Shown here one piece after another: positions 1 to 12,385 of a stretch of 64,000 nt of DNA (position 1 is the stretch's first letter; each line of letters begins with the position of its first letter). The stretch covers positions 103,470,331 through 103,534,330 of the forward strand of contig NC_068984.1 of assembly GCF_001194135.2 (NCBI RefSeq), written 5' to 3'. The position numbers and the translations under genes were made by a program. The notes beneath the pieces were generated by a model, which saw only the letters and a list, made by a program, of their open reading frames with translations, searched no databases and was not told the DNA's origin. The stretch comes from Octopus bimaculoides. Taxonomy: Eukaryota.

Positions 1-359
1 TAATAATGATGATGATGATGATTTCATTTATATACCACCAGGGCGAAGGATGAGGAGGAACAATACAAACACAGACATAAAATGTGGTGGTTTACATATA
101 ATGCAATGATAAAATAATTAAATAAGTAACAAAAAAAATGCTTTCTTTATTGACCACAAGGACCGAACACAAAACAAAGAAGGGCAATACAACACAAGGG
201 ACAGTAGGGTCGTGTTCAAAAGAAATAACAATAACAAAATTAATAACAACAACAACAACAACAATAATAATAATAATAATAATAATGATAATAACTCGAA
301 ACTAAACGACATCTAATAATACCACACAGTAGTAGGAGCAAACATGACATCTCAAGACA

Positions 360-726
360 GTCACAATTGGAATGATCAAAAAGTGAACTGAAAATTATTT
401 AGAATGACCCCTGGATTACCATCCATGCAGGAAGTGCAAAAGATTTTATTAGTTGGTACGTCACACGTATTGAGAAGAGTATTGCTGCTGTGAATTTTCT
501 TTCCTTTTTTTTGCCCTTTATTTTCTTTGTTTACTTTTATATTTTAACTTTTTCTTTCTGTCTTTCTTCCCATTTTTTTTTTCGATCACAAGACTCTGTA
601 AATGAACAATCTGATGTTATTATTTTATATAGCCTACAAATGTATACAGTGCGTTTCTCTGCCCTGAGTGTCAGGAAGGCACTCGGTAAGAAAAGGAAAC
701 GGAATTGAAAGATGATCATGAAAGTG

Positions 727-788
<62 letters not shown>

Positions 789-790
789 TA
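360..790 (+). mobile_element. 5'-truncated Dong/R4-clade RLE-LINE, extreme 3' end with (TAA)n tail
   Basis: Frameshifted translation MIKK*TENYLE/MTPGLPSMQEVQKILLVGTSHVLRRVLLL* (stop 490-492) is the C-terminus typical of R4/Dong ORFs. A 3' UTR follows, then (TAA)n at 728-790. The same DNA family occurs at 24025-24135 on the minus strand. Confidence 0.8.
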
Positions 791-1419
791 ACGGAACCCA
801 TAACAAAACCAAACAAAACAACGGCGGACGGATAATCATAGATGCTATAAAATAGTTGATTTAGGAGTTACACACATACACACACACTACTATGCAACAC
901 CCCTCCAAAAATATACAAGAATAAATTCATACTGTAAATACACAACAAAATGAACAAAACCCACAACATGTACTATAGAAGGTCGATACCCGACAGAACA
1001 CAACCTGCTACACAAATAAATACACTATATAAAAGCTGATACAACAGAAGACTCAAACAAAACCCCATAACAAAACGTACTGATACAATGCAATATCCCC
1101 CCCCAAAAAAAAAAATGCAGTACACACGACCTCACCAGTACAACGGGGCAACAAATGATGCGATAGAAAGTTGCTTGAAACTTTCAGATGTCAGAAAATA
1201 ATAGAAGTGATGAATGTTACCTTACCTCAGTTTATGAGAGACAGGAGTTTCGGAAGAACTCTGGTTGTAACAGCAAAAATGAAGCTGAACCTTTAAGAGA
1301 AGGCCTCTCGCTCGACAATGGATCAGTAAAGATGCAGACTGAACATAGCTGTCATCCTAATACAGCATCAGTAGATAATAGAGCAAGGAGGAGGAAGTAG
1401 ACCAGTGAAAAGTAGGGGC

Positions 1420-1845
1420 TAAAGAGAGTCAAGACGTGGTATGAGCACAAATCGCAGAGAGTGGCGGAATCGGAGACTTGCAAAGTCCTCTGGGATTTCC
1501 CAATCCAAACAGATCAGGTGCAAGAGCTTAACAGACCGGACCTAGTGGTGGTCGACAAATGCACCACATGTACTATATAGTTGATGTTACATGCTCCTTT
1601 GACTCACGAATAGTCAAGAAAGAAGACGAAAAAATAAATAAATGCAACCCTCTTAAGTCCGAAATAGCCCGGCTATGGAAAATGAAGAAGGTGAAGATAG
1701 TGCCAATTATTTGGGCTTGGGGACCGTGTCAGGACGCATCAAGAGGAATGTAAAGGAAACTGGAATAGAGTGCCCAGTAGAACTGTTACAAAATGTTTGC
1801 TTTCTTGGCACGGTCAGAATAATCAGGAAAGTATTAGATAACTGA
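1420..1845 (+). mobile_element. Dong/R4-clade LINE, restriction-like endonuclease (RLE) domain, frameshifted
   Basis: WYEHKSQRVAESETCKVLWDFPIQTDQVQELNRPDLVVVDK / YYIVDVTCSFD...KEDEKINKCNPLKSEIARLWKMKKVKIVPII / GLGTV...ELLQNVCFLGTVRIIRKVLDN*. These are the RPD...D...K-K-Y type RLE motifs. Confidence 0.85.
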
Positions 1846-1872
1846 AAAGAGCGAATAGCATGATCAGTAAAC

Positions 1873-1873
<1 letters not shown>

Positions 1874-1936
<63 letters not shown>

Positions 1937-2005
1937 AGGAACGAAGGAAGGAAGGAAGGAAGGAAGGAAGGAAAGAAAGAAAGAAACAAACAAACAAACA
2001 AAGAA
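1874..2005 (+). repeat. Compound (GAAA)n/(GGAA)n/(CAAA)n microsatellite
   Basis: Seen directly in the sequence. Confidence 0.95.
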
Positions 2006-2954
2006 ACAAAGAACTTGAAAACTGGACAGCTACTTTGTTTATTAACCTCCAAGAGATGAAAAGCAATGTTTGACCTCGGTGACCTTTGAGGTAAAAGCAA
2101 CGAAAGCCAGAACGAATTACTGACCTTCTAACTATTCTGCCAATTCGTTGCCTTTCAGTCACAGAATGGTGAATTAGCAATGAGCGTTAGAGCAATTCAG
2201 AGCACTTTGTCCGGCTCTTTTGCCCTCTGTGTTCAAATTCCTCAGCGGTCAGCTTCGCCTTTTGTACCTTCGAGGATGATAATTAAAAATACCAGCCCAG
2301 TATTGACATTGATTCTTCTTCTTCTTGCNNNNNNNNNNNNNNNNNNNNNNNNNNNNNNNNNNNNNNNNNNNNNNNNNNNNNNNNNNNNNNNNNNNNNNNN
2401 NNNNNNNNNNNNNNNNNNNNNNNNNNNNNNNNNNNNNNNNNNNNNNNNNNNNNNNNNNNNNNNNNNNNNNNNNNNNNNNNNNNNNNNNNNNNNNNNNNNN
2501 NNNNNNNNNNNNNNNNNNNNNNNNNNNNNNNNNNNNNNNNNNNNNNNNNNNNNNNNNNNNNNNNNNNNNNNNNNNNNNNNNNNNNNNNNNNNNNNNNNNN
2601 NNNNNNNNNNNNNNNNNNNNNNNNNNNNNNNNNNNNNNNNNNNNNNNNNNNNNNNNNNNNNNNNNNNNNNNNNNNNNNNNNNNNNNNNNNNNNNNNNNNN
2701 NNNNNNNNNNNNNNNNNNNNNNNNNNNNNNNNNNNNNNNNNNNNNNNNNNNNNNNNNNNNNNNNNNNNNNNNNNNNNNNNNNNNNNNNNNNNNNNNNNNN
2801 NNNNNNNNNNNNNNNNNNNNNNNNNNNNNNNNNNNNNNNNNNNNNNNNNNNNNNNNNNNNNNNNNNNNNNNNNNNNNNNNNNNNNNNNNNNNNNNNNNNN
2901 NNNNNNNNNNNNNNNNNNNNNNNNNNNNNNNNNNNNNNNNNNNNNNNNNNNNNN

Positions 2955-2999
<45 letters not shown>

Positions 3000-3205
3000 T
3001 TGTGTGCCTGTGTTTCTCCCCCACCATCCTTCACAAGCGATGTTAGTGTGTCTATGTCCCGGTAACTTAGCGGTTCGGCAAAGAGCCCGATAGAATCGGT
3101 ACTAGGCTTACAAAGAATAAGGTCCGGGGTTCGATTTGTTCGATTAAAGGTGGTGCTCTAGCATGTCCGCAGTCAAATGACTGAAACAAATAAAAGAATA
3201 AAAAA
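2955..3205 (+). mobile_element. SINE family B, 3' half (CORE-like family with an internal microsatellite)
   Basis: cccgtaacttagcggttcggcaaa...gactaaaggcggtgctccagcatggccgcagtcaaatgactgaaac motif, shared with 10 or more copies in the window. Confidence 0.85.
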
Positions 3206-3299
3206 TAAAAGAATATATATACATATATACATATACATATATACATATATATATATATGTATGTATACCACCTCCTCTTCCGGTCTTTTCATAATGTAA

Positions 3300-3448
3300 C
3301 CTCGTGGGCATCGGTACCATTTTCCTCTTTCTCCGTTCTTCCATTCTCCGAACTTTCCATCTTTCCGACGAAGGGCTACGCCCGAAACGTCACACACTCT
3401 CTCTTTCCTTTCCTGAGCGTCCAATAATACTATCCATATCACGTCCTC
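3300..3448 (+). mobile_element. Short PLE-type repeat with a degenerate minimal hammerhead motif at 3365-3391
   Basis: ccgacga-a-gggc-tac-gccc-gaaa-c-gtc: stem II is intact, stem III is the palindrome ACGT and the triplet is GUC, but U4>C and stem I does not pair. The downstream sequence resembles 32790-32880. Confidence 0.6.
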
Positions 3449-3702
3449 NNNNNNNNNNNNNNNNNNNNNNNNNNNNNNNNNNNNNNNNNNNNNNNNNNNN
3501 NNNNNNNNNNNNNNNNNNNNNNNNNNNNNNNNNNNNNNNNNNNNNNNNNNNNNNNNNNNNNNNNNNNNNNNNNNNNNNNNNNNNNNNNNNNNNNNNNNNN
3601 NNNNNNNNNNNNNNNNNNNNNNNNNNNNNNNNNNNNNNNNNNNNNNNNNNNNNNNNNNNNNNNNNNNNNNNNNNNNNNNNNTATATATATATATATATAT
3701 AT

Positions 3703-4075
3703 TGTCGGGTGAGCTGTGATGGGGAGGTGCTGTAGAGAATTTTTTTTATTGAATTTGGGATTATGTTTTTGTTCAGAATTTATTAATTCGTGTAGAACTT
3801 TGTAGATAGCTGTGTATATTTAAGTGTATCAACTTTAGGTCTAGGGATTATTTTTCAGTGGTTCACAAAAAGGAAGTTGGAAGGTAGAGGTTTTTTTTAT
3901 CATTGGGCGAGTCATTAGTTTTAGTTATTTCTGGTTTTATTGAATTTAATCCTTTGATTTGAGAATGTAAAGTTCAAAGTTCAAAATTTAATCCAGTATT
4001 TAAAAACTTGTGTGTGTCATTTTTTTCGCAATGAACTTTTTAGGTTTCACTAAAAAAAATGGTAGTATGTGGTAC
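3703..4075 (-). mobile_element. Probable N-terminal ORF fragment of a Penelope-like element, decayed
   Basis: Minus-strand pieces ITKTNDSPNDKKNLYLPTSF...LKLIHLNIHSYLQSSTRINKF...HNPKFNKKNSLQHLPITAHPT, cut by (TA)n where a PLE DK(G/N) motif would be expected. Family assigned by recall only. Confidence 0.4.
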
Positions 4076-4193
4076 ATTTTAGCAGGTTAGTAATTTTCTT
4101 TACTCGCTGTTGATGTTATTTAGGATATTACCTATTTATATTTGGAAGGTGGAGGTTATCATTTATGCTCATCATGGTGTAATTAGTATAGAA

Positions 4194-4345
4194 ATGATAG
4201 CTTAGCTGGGCGAAACTTCGCAGTCACTGACAAATCTACTCTTGTTAAAGAATAATAAATTTGTACTCTACAAAATTATGGAGTAGCCCATCAGATTGTT
4301 TTTATAAAACTGAACATAAAATCAAGCATTAATGTGTGTGTGTGT
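4194..4345 (+). mobile_element. 5'-truncated copy of the hammerhead-bearing repeat at 44381-44540, with (TG)n tail
   Basis: tgatagcttagctgggcgaaacttcgcagtcactgac...gaataataaatttgtactctacaaaa aligns with 44389-44465. Both copies end in (TG)n. Confidence 0.75.
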
Positions 4346-5139
4346 GTGTGTGTGTGTGATTTCTAAAAACAAGATTAAGAGTCGCCAAAGTTATAAACTT
4401 CTTAATAATTCACCTCAGCTATTTGGACATTAAACACTAATATACTTAGGTTGGCGCTCTGTTGTCTCAACCACCTCGATCATCCTAATATAAACCATTT
4501 ATTTTTGAGATAATTATTGTTTATAGATAGACTTCTGGTCTCTTTTCTTTATTATTTTTTTAAAACTTTTTAAGTTTTGGGGGATTTCTCTGTTTATCAT
4601 AGCTTAAACGTGAAACAGTTTTTATCAGATTAACCTTCATAACCTTATCATAGCGATTTACAAACACATTTCCTCTGCCATCTGGAGACTCTTGGCTCTC
4701 TGTGTTATTCGTTTGCTACAAAATAGTAAAATTTATTTTTTGCACAAGATAAACAATCCGACTTTATTCAAAATTCTTATCAATGAAATCTATAATTATT
4801 TTATTCTAACAGGCTTTTCAAAACGACACTATCCGTCCCCTACATCGAAACAATGACCTCCTTCATTTACTCTTCGTATCCTGTTTCGAATCGTTGAAAT
4901 GATAATAATTCGTCTAAGCATTCAGGATCTCACGTCGAAAAGTAGGAAGTTGATGCTGTTAAGCATTTAGTTCGGCGCTCTCTTTACTATGGTCGCCCCC
5001 CAAAAAAGCCTTCAACTGCAACGTAGGAGTGTTGTCATAGCATATGGTGTATGTTGACCATGTAAACTGACCGACCGACTGAGGGAGGGGGCTTCCATAG
5101 TAGATTTATGACGTATGATAAAGGGATGTAGAAGAAGGA

Positions 5140-5224
5140 AGAGGAGGAGAAGAAGAAGAAGAAGAAGAAGAAGAAGAAGAAGAAGAAGAAGAAGAAGAAG
5201 AAGAAGAAGAAGAAGAAGAAGAAG
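5140..5224 (+). repeat. (GAA)n microsatellite running into a gap
   Basis: Seen directly; it explains the poly-R and poly-F ORFs. Confidence 0.95.
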
Positions 5225-5896
5225 NNNNNNNNNNNNNNNNNNNNNNNNNNNNNNNNNNNNNNNNNNNNNNNNNNNNNNNNNNNNNNNNNNNNNNNNNNNN
5301 NNNNNNNNNNNNNNNNNNNNNNNNNNNNNNNNNNNNNNNNNNNNNNNNNNNNNNNNNNNNNNNNNNNNNNNNNNNNNNNNNNNNNNNNNNNNNNNNNNNN
5401 NNNNNNNNNNNNNNNNNNNNNNNNNNNNNNNNNNNNNNNNNNNNNNNNNNNNNNNNNNNNNNNNNNNNNNNNNNNNNNNNNNNNNNNNNNNNNNNNNNNN
5501 NNNNNNNNNNNNNNNNNNNNNNNNNNNNNNNNNNNNNNNNNNNNNNNNNNNNNNNNNNNNNNNNNNNNNNNNNNNNNNNNNNNNNNNNNNNNNNNNNNNN
5601 NNNNNNNNNNNNNNNNNNNNNNNNNNNNNNNNNNNNNNNNNNNNNNNATTTTGTTCAAGTCATTGGACTGTGCAGCAATGCTGAGGCTTGGTAGGTTCAG
5701 TCAAACAAAAGGGCCCTTACATTCTCGAGTCTGGTACTTATTTTATGTGTCTCTTTTGGCGAATCAGGCGCGTAAACAAACCTACACGGGTCGTCCACCG
5801 ATGAAGGGACACACACTCGCGCGCGCACACACACATATACATAGAAGGAGAGAGTGAGAATCAGAGAATGAGTCGGGAGATGATGATGACGATGAG

Positions 5897-5951
<55 letters not shown>

Positions 5952-6258
5952 TATATATGTATGTATATGTATATGTATTCACGCACGTATATAGAGAGAA
6001 AAGAAAGATTGAATATATTCAGACAATAACTACTCATGTATAAATATATAGATATTTATAAATTACAGAGCAAAGTTACACAGAGTAGAACGACACAAAA
6101 TTAAGTGGAGAGTTTATGGTGTTACAGGTCGAACTGCTGTTTCTGGGAGATCGGAATTATTTCATAATTTTGGCAGATGTAGCTCACAAAATGTCAAGGA
6201 TATGCAACCAGTAGTGGAAGCATATAAACATTAGGTAGATCGGGCATCCTTCTTCAGG

Positions 6259-6289
<31 letters not shown>

Positions 6290-6295
6290 TGTATG

Positions 6296-6350
<55 letters not shown>

Positions 6351-6452
6351 NNNNNNNNNNNNNNNNNNNNNNNNNNNNNNNNNNNNNNNNNNNNNNNNNN
6401 NNNNNNNNNNNNNNNNNNNNNNNNNNNNNNNNNNNNNNNNNNNNNNNNNNNN

Positions 6453-6511
<59 letters not shown>

Positions 6512-6517
<6 letters not shown>

Positions 6518-6745
6518 TATATGGGTACAGGACGTCATATGACGTAAACAACAAGAAATATGAAAACAAACTTTGGTATGCGAACAAAAGAGAAACAAAT
6601 GGAAAACAAGACAGGTAACATAAAAAGCGACCCTTCAAAGTTGGTAACAAAAACAGGACAGTGGAGACATACAACAAACCAAACGAAAACAAACGTGGAG
6701 GGCCGTTTAGGCCAGACGAGGTAAGGTAGAAAATGCTGAGGAATA
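6512..6745 (-). repeat. Unclassified repeat, left arm of an inverted pair (PLE-like)
   Basis: Reverse complement of 7262-7645, lacking the segment at about 7376-7498. Confidence 0.8.
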
Positions 6746-6750
6746 TATAC

Positions 6751-6785
<35 letters not shown>

Positions 6786-7009
6786 TGTATGTATGTATGT
6801 ATGTATGTATTATGTATGTATGTGTATATATGTATGCATATATATTTTTTATTTATATTATTATATGACTGAACGCCATGCATCCATTTCCAAGTAAGTT
6901 TATCTAAATAATTTTGATGCGACTCCACTCTGTACTGTTCTCTCTCTCCCCCTTTCGTTTTCTCTCTCTCTCTCTTCCTTTCTCTAATTCTTTTTTCTCC
7001 CCTTCACCG

Positions 7010-7114
<105 letters not shown>

Positions 7115-7261
7115 CCTCTTTCTCCTTTACGCTCTCTCGTTACTCATACGTGGCCATCGTCCATCTTTCTTTTCCTCACGTGGTCATCTTTTCTTTCAGT
7201 CTGTCTTACAGACCAGACGCTTTCTTATCTGTCTCCGCTTCTATCTTTCCTCTTGTCAAAG

Positions 7262-7645
7262 ACAATATTCCTCAGTGCTCGCTACCTTACCTCGTCTGGC
7301 CTAACGGCCCTCCACGTTTATTTTCGTTTGATTTGTTGTATGTCTCCACTGTCCTGTTTTTGTTACCAACTTTGACCCTCCATGAATAGTAAATTTTATT
7401 TTGGTTCGCGGGAGCAACTGCCTTTTCGAGCTACATCTGCCAAAATTATTGTTGTTAGTTGCTCGAAATGAGGAGTAGATGGACAGCCGATAACTGATGA
7501 AAGGTCGTTTTTTATGTTACTTGTCTTGTTTTCCATTTGTTTATCTCGTTGTTTGCATACCAAAGTTTGTCCTCACATTTCATGTGTTTTCGTATTTCGT
7601 ATTGTTGTTTACGTTTTGTGTCGTCCTGTACCCATATATGCATAT
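7262..7645 (+). repeat. Unclassified repeat, right arm of the inverted pair
   Basis: ccttacctcgtctggcctaacggccctccacg...gtcctgtacccatatatgcat mirrors 6512-6745. Confidence 0.8.
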
Positions 7646-7680
7646 GTATGTATGTATGTATGTGCATATATGTATGTATA

Positions 7681-7711
<31 letters not shown>

Positions 7712-7712
<1 letters not shown>

Positions 7713-7870
7713 CACGACAAGATTCCACACAGTTTCTGTCAACCAGATTTATTCACAAGTCATTGGTCGATCCTGAACTATAGAAGACACTTGTCTACGA
7801 TACTGTGCAGTAGGACTAAACCTGAAACAACACCGTTAAAGATGAGCTTCTGAACTACACAGCCATGCAT
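7712..7870 (-). mobile_element. SINE family B, 5' part
   Basis: acacgac...cagtttctgtcaaccagatttattcacaag...gaagacacttgtc matches the other family B copies in reverse. Confidence 0.7.
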
Positions 7871-8274
7871 GCGTCTACATATATGTGTCTCTGTGTAGAT
7901 TTGTGTTACTATAAAGTACTACAGAGCTTATCTGTATAGTTATGGCCAGCACTATGTTATGAGAAATGCAAACATTGCCTCAATATACACAATTAGTTTG
8001 ATGACAGAAACACAAAAACATTTGCACGCGCTGCACGTCTCAATTCTTCTTGCAACTTCGTCAGTAGTTGTGCATCATTTTTAATTATTCATGAGCTTAC
8101 TTCTTATAAAGCCGCTAATATTAGTTGCTAAAGAAACACTTTCTTGCTAATATGCTAATTCGAATATTAAATTACTGTGTTTCAGTGTGTGCATTATGTA
8201 TATAAACATGATGTTTACATTCGTCATTACATATAACTTTGGCTAAAAATGTCCCTCGATATGTGCTATAGTGC

Positions 8275-8344
<70 letters not shown>

Positions 8345-8474
8345 AACATGCACACATGTAAGAATATAAGTGCAAAACAAGGTGGACAAATAGTTCTCGA
8401 ATACCAAAGGTAGAGTTAGATACTCATTGGAGCTGAAAATATATAGAGAGAGAGTTGAGGTGAAAAATATTTTT

Positions 8475-8672
8475 TTCTACTCTAAGCACAAGGTCCGAAA
8501 TTTGCGGGGAAGGGGCCAGTCAATTATATTGACCCCAGTACGCAACTGGTACTTAATTTATCGATCCCGAAAGAATGAAAGGCAAAATCGACCTCGACAG
8601 AGTTAGAACTCAGAACATAAAGACAGACGAAATACCGCTAAGCATTTCGAACGATTCTGCCAGCTCACCACC
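8475..8672 (-). mobile_element. SINE family A
   Basis: Reverse of ggcggcgagctggcagaatcgttagc...gtcgactttgcctttcatcctttcggggtcgataaattaagtaccag...ggccttgtgc. Confidence 0.85.
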
Positions 8673-8717
8673 TTTTGAGGTGAAACATATTGAAGCTGAA
8701 AAATATATATATACAGT

Positions 8718-8965
8718 TGAGGTGTGTGGCTTAGTGATTAGAGTGTTGCACTCATGATCGCAAGATTGTGGTCCCGGTTCCTAGACCGGGTGACGCGTTG
8801 TTGTCTTAAGCAAAACACTTCATTTCACGTTGCTTCAGTTCACTTAGGTGACAAAAGTGAGTAATCCTGCAACAGACCGGCGTCCTGTCCAGGTGGGGGA
8901 TATATATATGTCATGGAAACCAGGAAACTAGTCTTTATGAGTCGGTATGACTCAGGAAGGTAGCT
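8718..8965 (+). mobile_element. tRNA-derived SINE family C
   Basis: Head tggcttagtgattagagtgttgcactc, then gagcaaaacacttcatttcacgttgcttcagttcact central domain. Related to 15084, 21895 and 54500. Confidence 0.75.
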
Positions 8966-10457
8966 TACTCACTGTAAACATTATTATTAAGATTGAAATA
9001 AAAATGATTCCATGTGTGTGTGTGCGTGTGCATTTTCGTGTGTGAATGCGTGTTCGGAATAATCATTTTAAAAACATTTTTCTTTGATGCCCACTCGAAA
9101 AGAGCGAAAGGGCGAGTGGAAAATACGATCTGGTTTCAATTTCCAGTTACGCTTTAGAAAGGCACAGCAGAAGCATCACATTTTTTATCACTTTCACTGA
9201 AACTTACAAAGGACCCATTTGTTCGTCGCTGAACCCGCTAAAAATAGCAGTCAAATTTCACTTAATTTACATCTTATTGTTATAAAAATATATATCTATG
9301 AAACTCTACTGAACAGCTGAGGAAAGGCGAGACAGTCATGGCTTGAACGTTTTTGATGATAGATTTTAATCATGGTTGACATGTGACTAAACAACAAGAA
9401 CTTGAGGCTGTAAAGCCCATGTAAGAAATCAATAAGACACCCCAGCCTTACATTTAAACCATGTCTCTTTGTCATTGAAGATGGGTTCATTCGGTCGTTG
9501 CCATAACAACACATGATGGATGCATTTACTTTTGTCTTCTTTTTCCTAAATCAATCAAATTCTTACATCTCTGATTCGATTCCTTTCACATGTCCATCTA
9601 TCATTATGTCTACTGATTCTCACTTGATGCTAAAATTAGTCAAAAAAATGTTTAAATAATCCAAACAATATTCAAACGTACAAATATATATAGGCACACA
9701 CACACACACACATATATAGTGATTTCCTTTTCGTTCATATCTGTTTGTTTTAATAAAGTGTACCACTTTTGTGTTTTACCTTATTTATTTATTTATTAAT
9801 CTGTTTTAAACATTTTAATCCTTCAATAAATACAGACAGCATTCCTTAAATTTATAGATTTAAGCCCTTACTATCTGATTAAAATCTCTGATCTTTTGTA
9901 TCAAATTTTACCCATACCCACTTTCTCCCTCGCCTGTCATCTCTCTTTTTCTCCCGTTTTCTCTATTTCTTTCATTTTCTCTTTCTCTCTCGCACACATA
10001 CACACTTTCTCTTCCCCTTTCCGTCTCTCTTCTATATTTCTCTCTTATTTATAATGCTGTTCTCCTTCTGTCGACCCACTCCATCTTCTCCGATCGCGTT
10101 ATTTCCCTCCCCTGCAATTACAGTCTCACCCATTCTCCTTTTTACACCGTATATTCACATTAGATGTCAGTTTTCTCAATTATTCCATTATCTCATCTCC
10201 ATAGCAAATAGAAAGCGATCAGTTAGCAGAATTGTAAGTATTCTGCTCTTGGTCTAAATGCTTGAGCAGATTTTAGCTTCGTCTGTGTTAGTTTTGAGTT
10301 GAAATCTAACCAAGTTCGAATTTGACTTTCCGTGCATTCACGACCGATAAAACTATAAAATAAAGACCAGAAATATAATAGATTGTTCATTCGTTTTTAT
10401 CCCTTCCCTATGAATTTACGGCTTTGTTTCAATGTGATAAACCATTTTAAATTTTAC

Positions 10458-10830
10458 TTGTATCAGTCGTTAGACTATGGCCATGTTGGAGCACCACCTT
10501 GAAGAATATTTAATCAAATGTATCGACTCCAGTGCTTATTTTTTTAAAGCTTGTCACTTATTCGATCGGTCTCTTTTGTCGAACCGCTAGTTTATGGGGA
10601 CGTAAACACACTAATACCGGTTGACAAGCGGTGGTGGAGGACAGAGACACAAAGACACACGCGCACACACATACGCAGTTACACACGCACACGCACACGC
10701 ACACACACACGCGCACACGCACGCGCACACACACACATACACACACACATTTATATATATATATACACGACGAGCTTCTTTCAGTTTCTGTCTAGCGAAT
10801 CCACCCACAAGGCTTTGGTCGGCCCGAAAA
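10458..10830 (-). mobile_element. SINE family B with internal (CA/TA)n tract
   Basis: Family B 3' and 5' motifs flank a microsatellite at 10655-10765. Confidence 0.85.
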
Positions 10831-11084
10831 ACGAGAATATCATAATTTTTTTGGAACACAGCTATGTGATATGTGTATACAAAAATTTCATAAACTTTCG
10901 AGTGAATGTGAAATAATTATCTTTATTTATTTGTTTGTTTATTTTTGGAACAGTGGATCTCGAAGCACGTAAAAGTCGAAGGCTGTCTTCGACTTATTCT
11001 ATCCAAAAGGTTTTTCAACCCAATACTTACATGCTATAATTTATTGTTTATATACTTCGAGTTCCGTTGTTTAATATATATATA

Positions 11085-11305
11085 TATACTCTCTCTCTCA
11101 CTTTACTCTTTTACTTGTTTCAGTCATTTGACTGCGGCCATGCTGGGGCACCGCCTTTAGTCGAGTAAATCGACCCCAGGACATATTCTTTGTAAGCCTA
11201 GTACTTATTCTATCGGTCTCTTATGGCGAACCGCTAAGTTACGGGGACATAAACACACCAGCATCGGTTTTCAAGCGATGTTGGGGGACAAACAGATACA
11301 CAATC

Positions 11306-11356
<51 letters not shown>
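11085..11356 (-). mobile_element. SINE family B, 3' half, ending at a gap
   Basis: gtttcagtcatttgactgcggccatgctggggcaccgcctttagtcgag...gaaccgctaagttacgggga. Confidence 0.9.
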
Positions 11357-12014
11357 NNNNNNNNNNNNNNNNNNNNNNNNNNNNNNNNNNNNNNNNNNNN
11401 NNNNNNNNNNNNNNNNNNNNNNNNNNNNNNNNNNNNNNNNNNNNNNNNNNNNNNNNNNNNNNNNNNNNNNNNNNNNNNNNNNNNNNNNNNNNNNNNNNNN
11501 NNNNNNNNNNNNNNNNNNNNNNNNNNNNNNNNNNNNNNNNNNNNNNNNNNNNNNNNNNNNNNNNNNNNNNNNNNNNNNNNNNNNNNNNNNNNNNNNNNNN
11601 NNNNNNNNNNNNNNNNNNNNNNNNNNNNNNNNNNNNNNNNNNNNNNNNNNNNNNNNNNNNNNNNNNNNNNNNNNNNNNNNNNNNNNNNNNNNNNNNNNNN
11701 NNNNNNNNNNNNNNNNNNNNNNNNNNNNNNNNNNNNNNNNNNNNNNNNNNNNNNNNNNNNNNNNNNNNNNNNNNNNNNNNNNNNNNNNNNNNNNNNNNNN
11801 NNNNNNNNNNNNNNNNNNNNNNNNNNNNNNNNNNNNNNNNNNNNNNNNNNNNNNNNNNNNNNNNNNNNNNNNNNNNNNNNNNNNNNNNNNNNNNNNNNNN
11901 NNNNNNNNNNNNNNGTATCAAAAGACACATGTGGGAGTTTTTTTGTGTGGTTATTTCATTATACTAAGATACTACACGTCTAAGTGGTAGATGTTTCAAA
12001 CCCATGTAACCGCG

Positions 12015-12250
12015 TTGTGTGTGTGTATTTGTGTTTTTCCACCACCACCACCACCACCACCGTTTGACAACCGGTGTTGGATTCTTTACGTCCCTGTAAC
12101 CTGGCGGTTCGCCAAATAAAACGATAGAATAACTCCATGCTTTAAAAAAAACACTAAGCTCTGGCGTCGATTTGTTCCACTAAGCCCCTTCAATGAGGTG
12201 CCCCAGCCTGGCCGCAGTTCAATGGTTGATACAAGTAAAAGATAAAAGAT
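12015..12250 (+). mobile_element. SINE family B variant, 3' half
   Basis: cgtttgacaaccggtgttgg...gtaacctggcggttcgccaaa...ggccgcagttcaatgg...aagtaaaaga. Confidence 0.75.
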
Positions 12251-12385
12251 GAAAGACATAAAATATAACACATTTTTTTTTTTAACAATTTTGTGTTTCA
12301 TCGTGTAATCAATGCAGCGACGATATAATTTTTAAGACATTAAAAATTGTCTCCAGCTTTAATGTCACATCTAAATCTCATGCGA

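Noticed and set aside
7455-7510. Type-II hammerhead (GAAA upstream of CTGATGA)
   Set aside because: Stems I and III and an NUH site could not be paired in the actual sequence.
8025-8070. Hammerhead on the minus strand (ctgacgaagtt...gagacgtg)
   Set aside because: GAAA is mutated to GAGA, there is no NUH triplet and no stem I.
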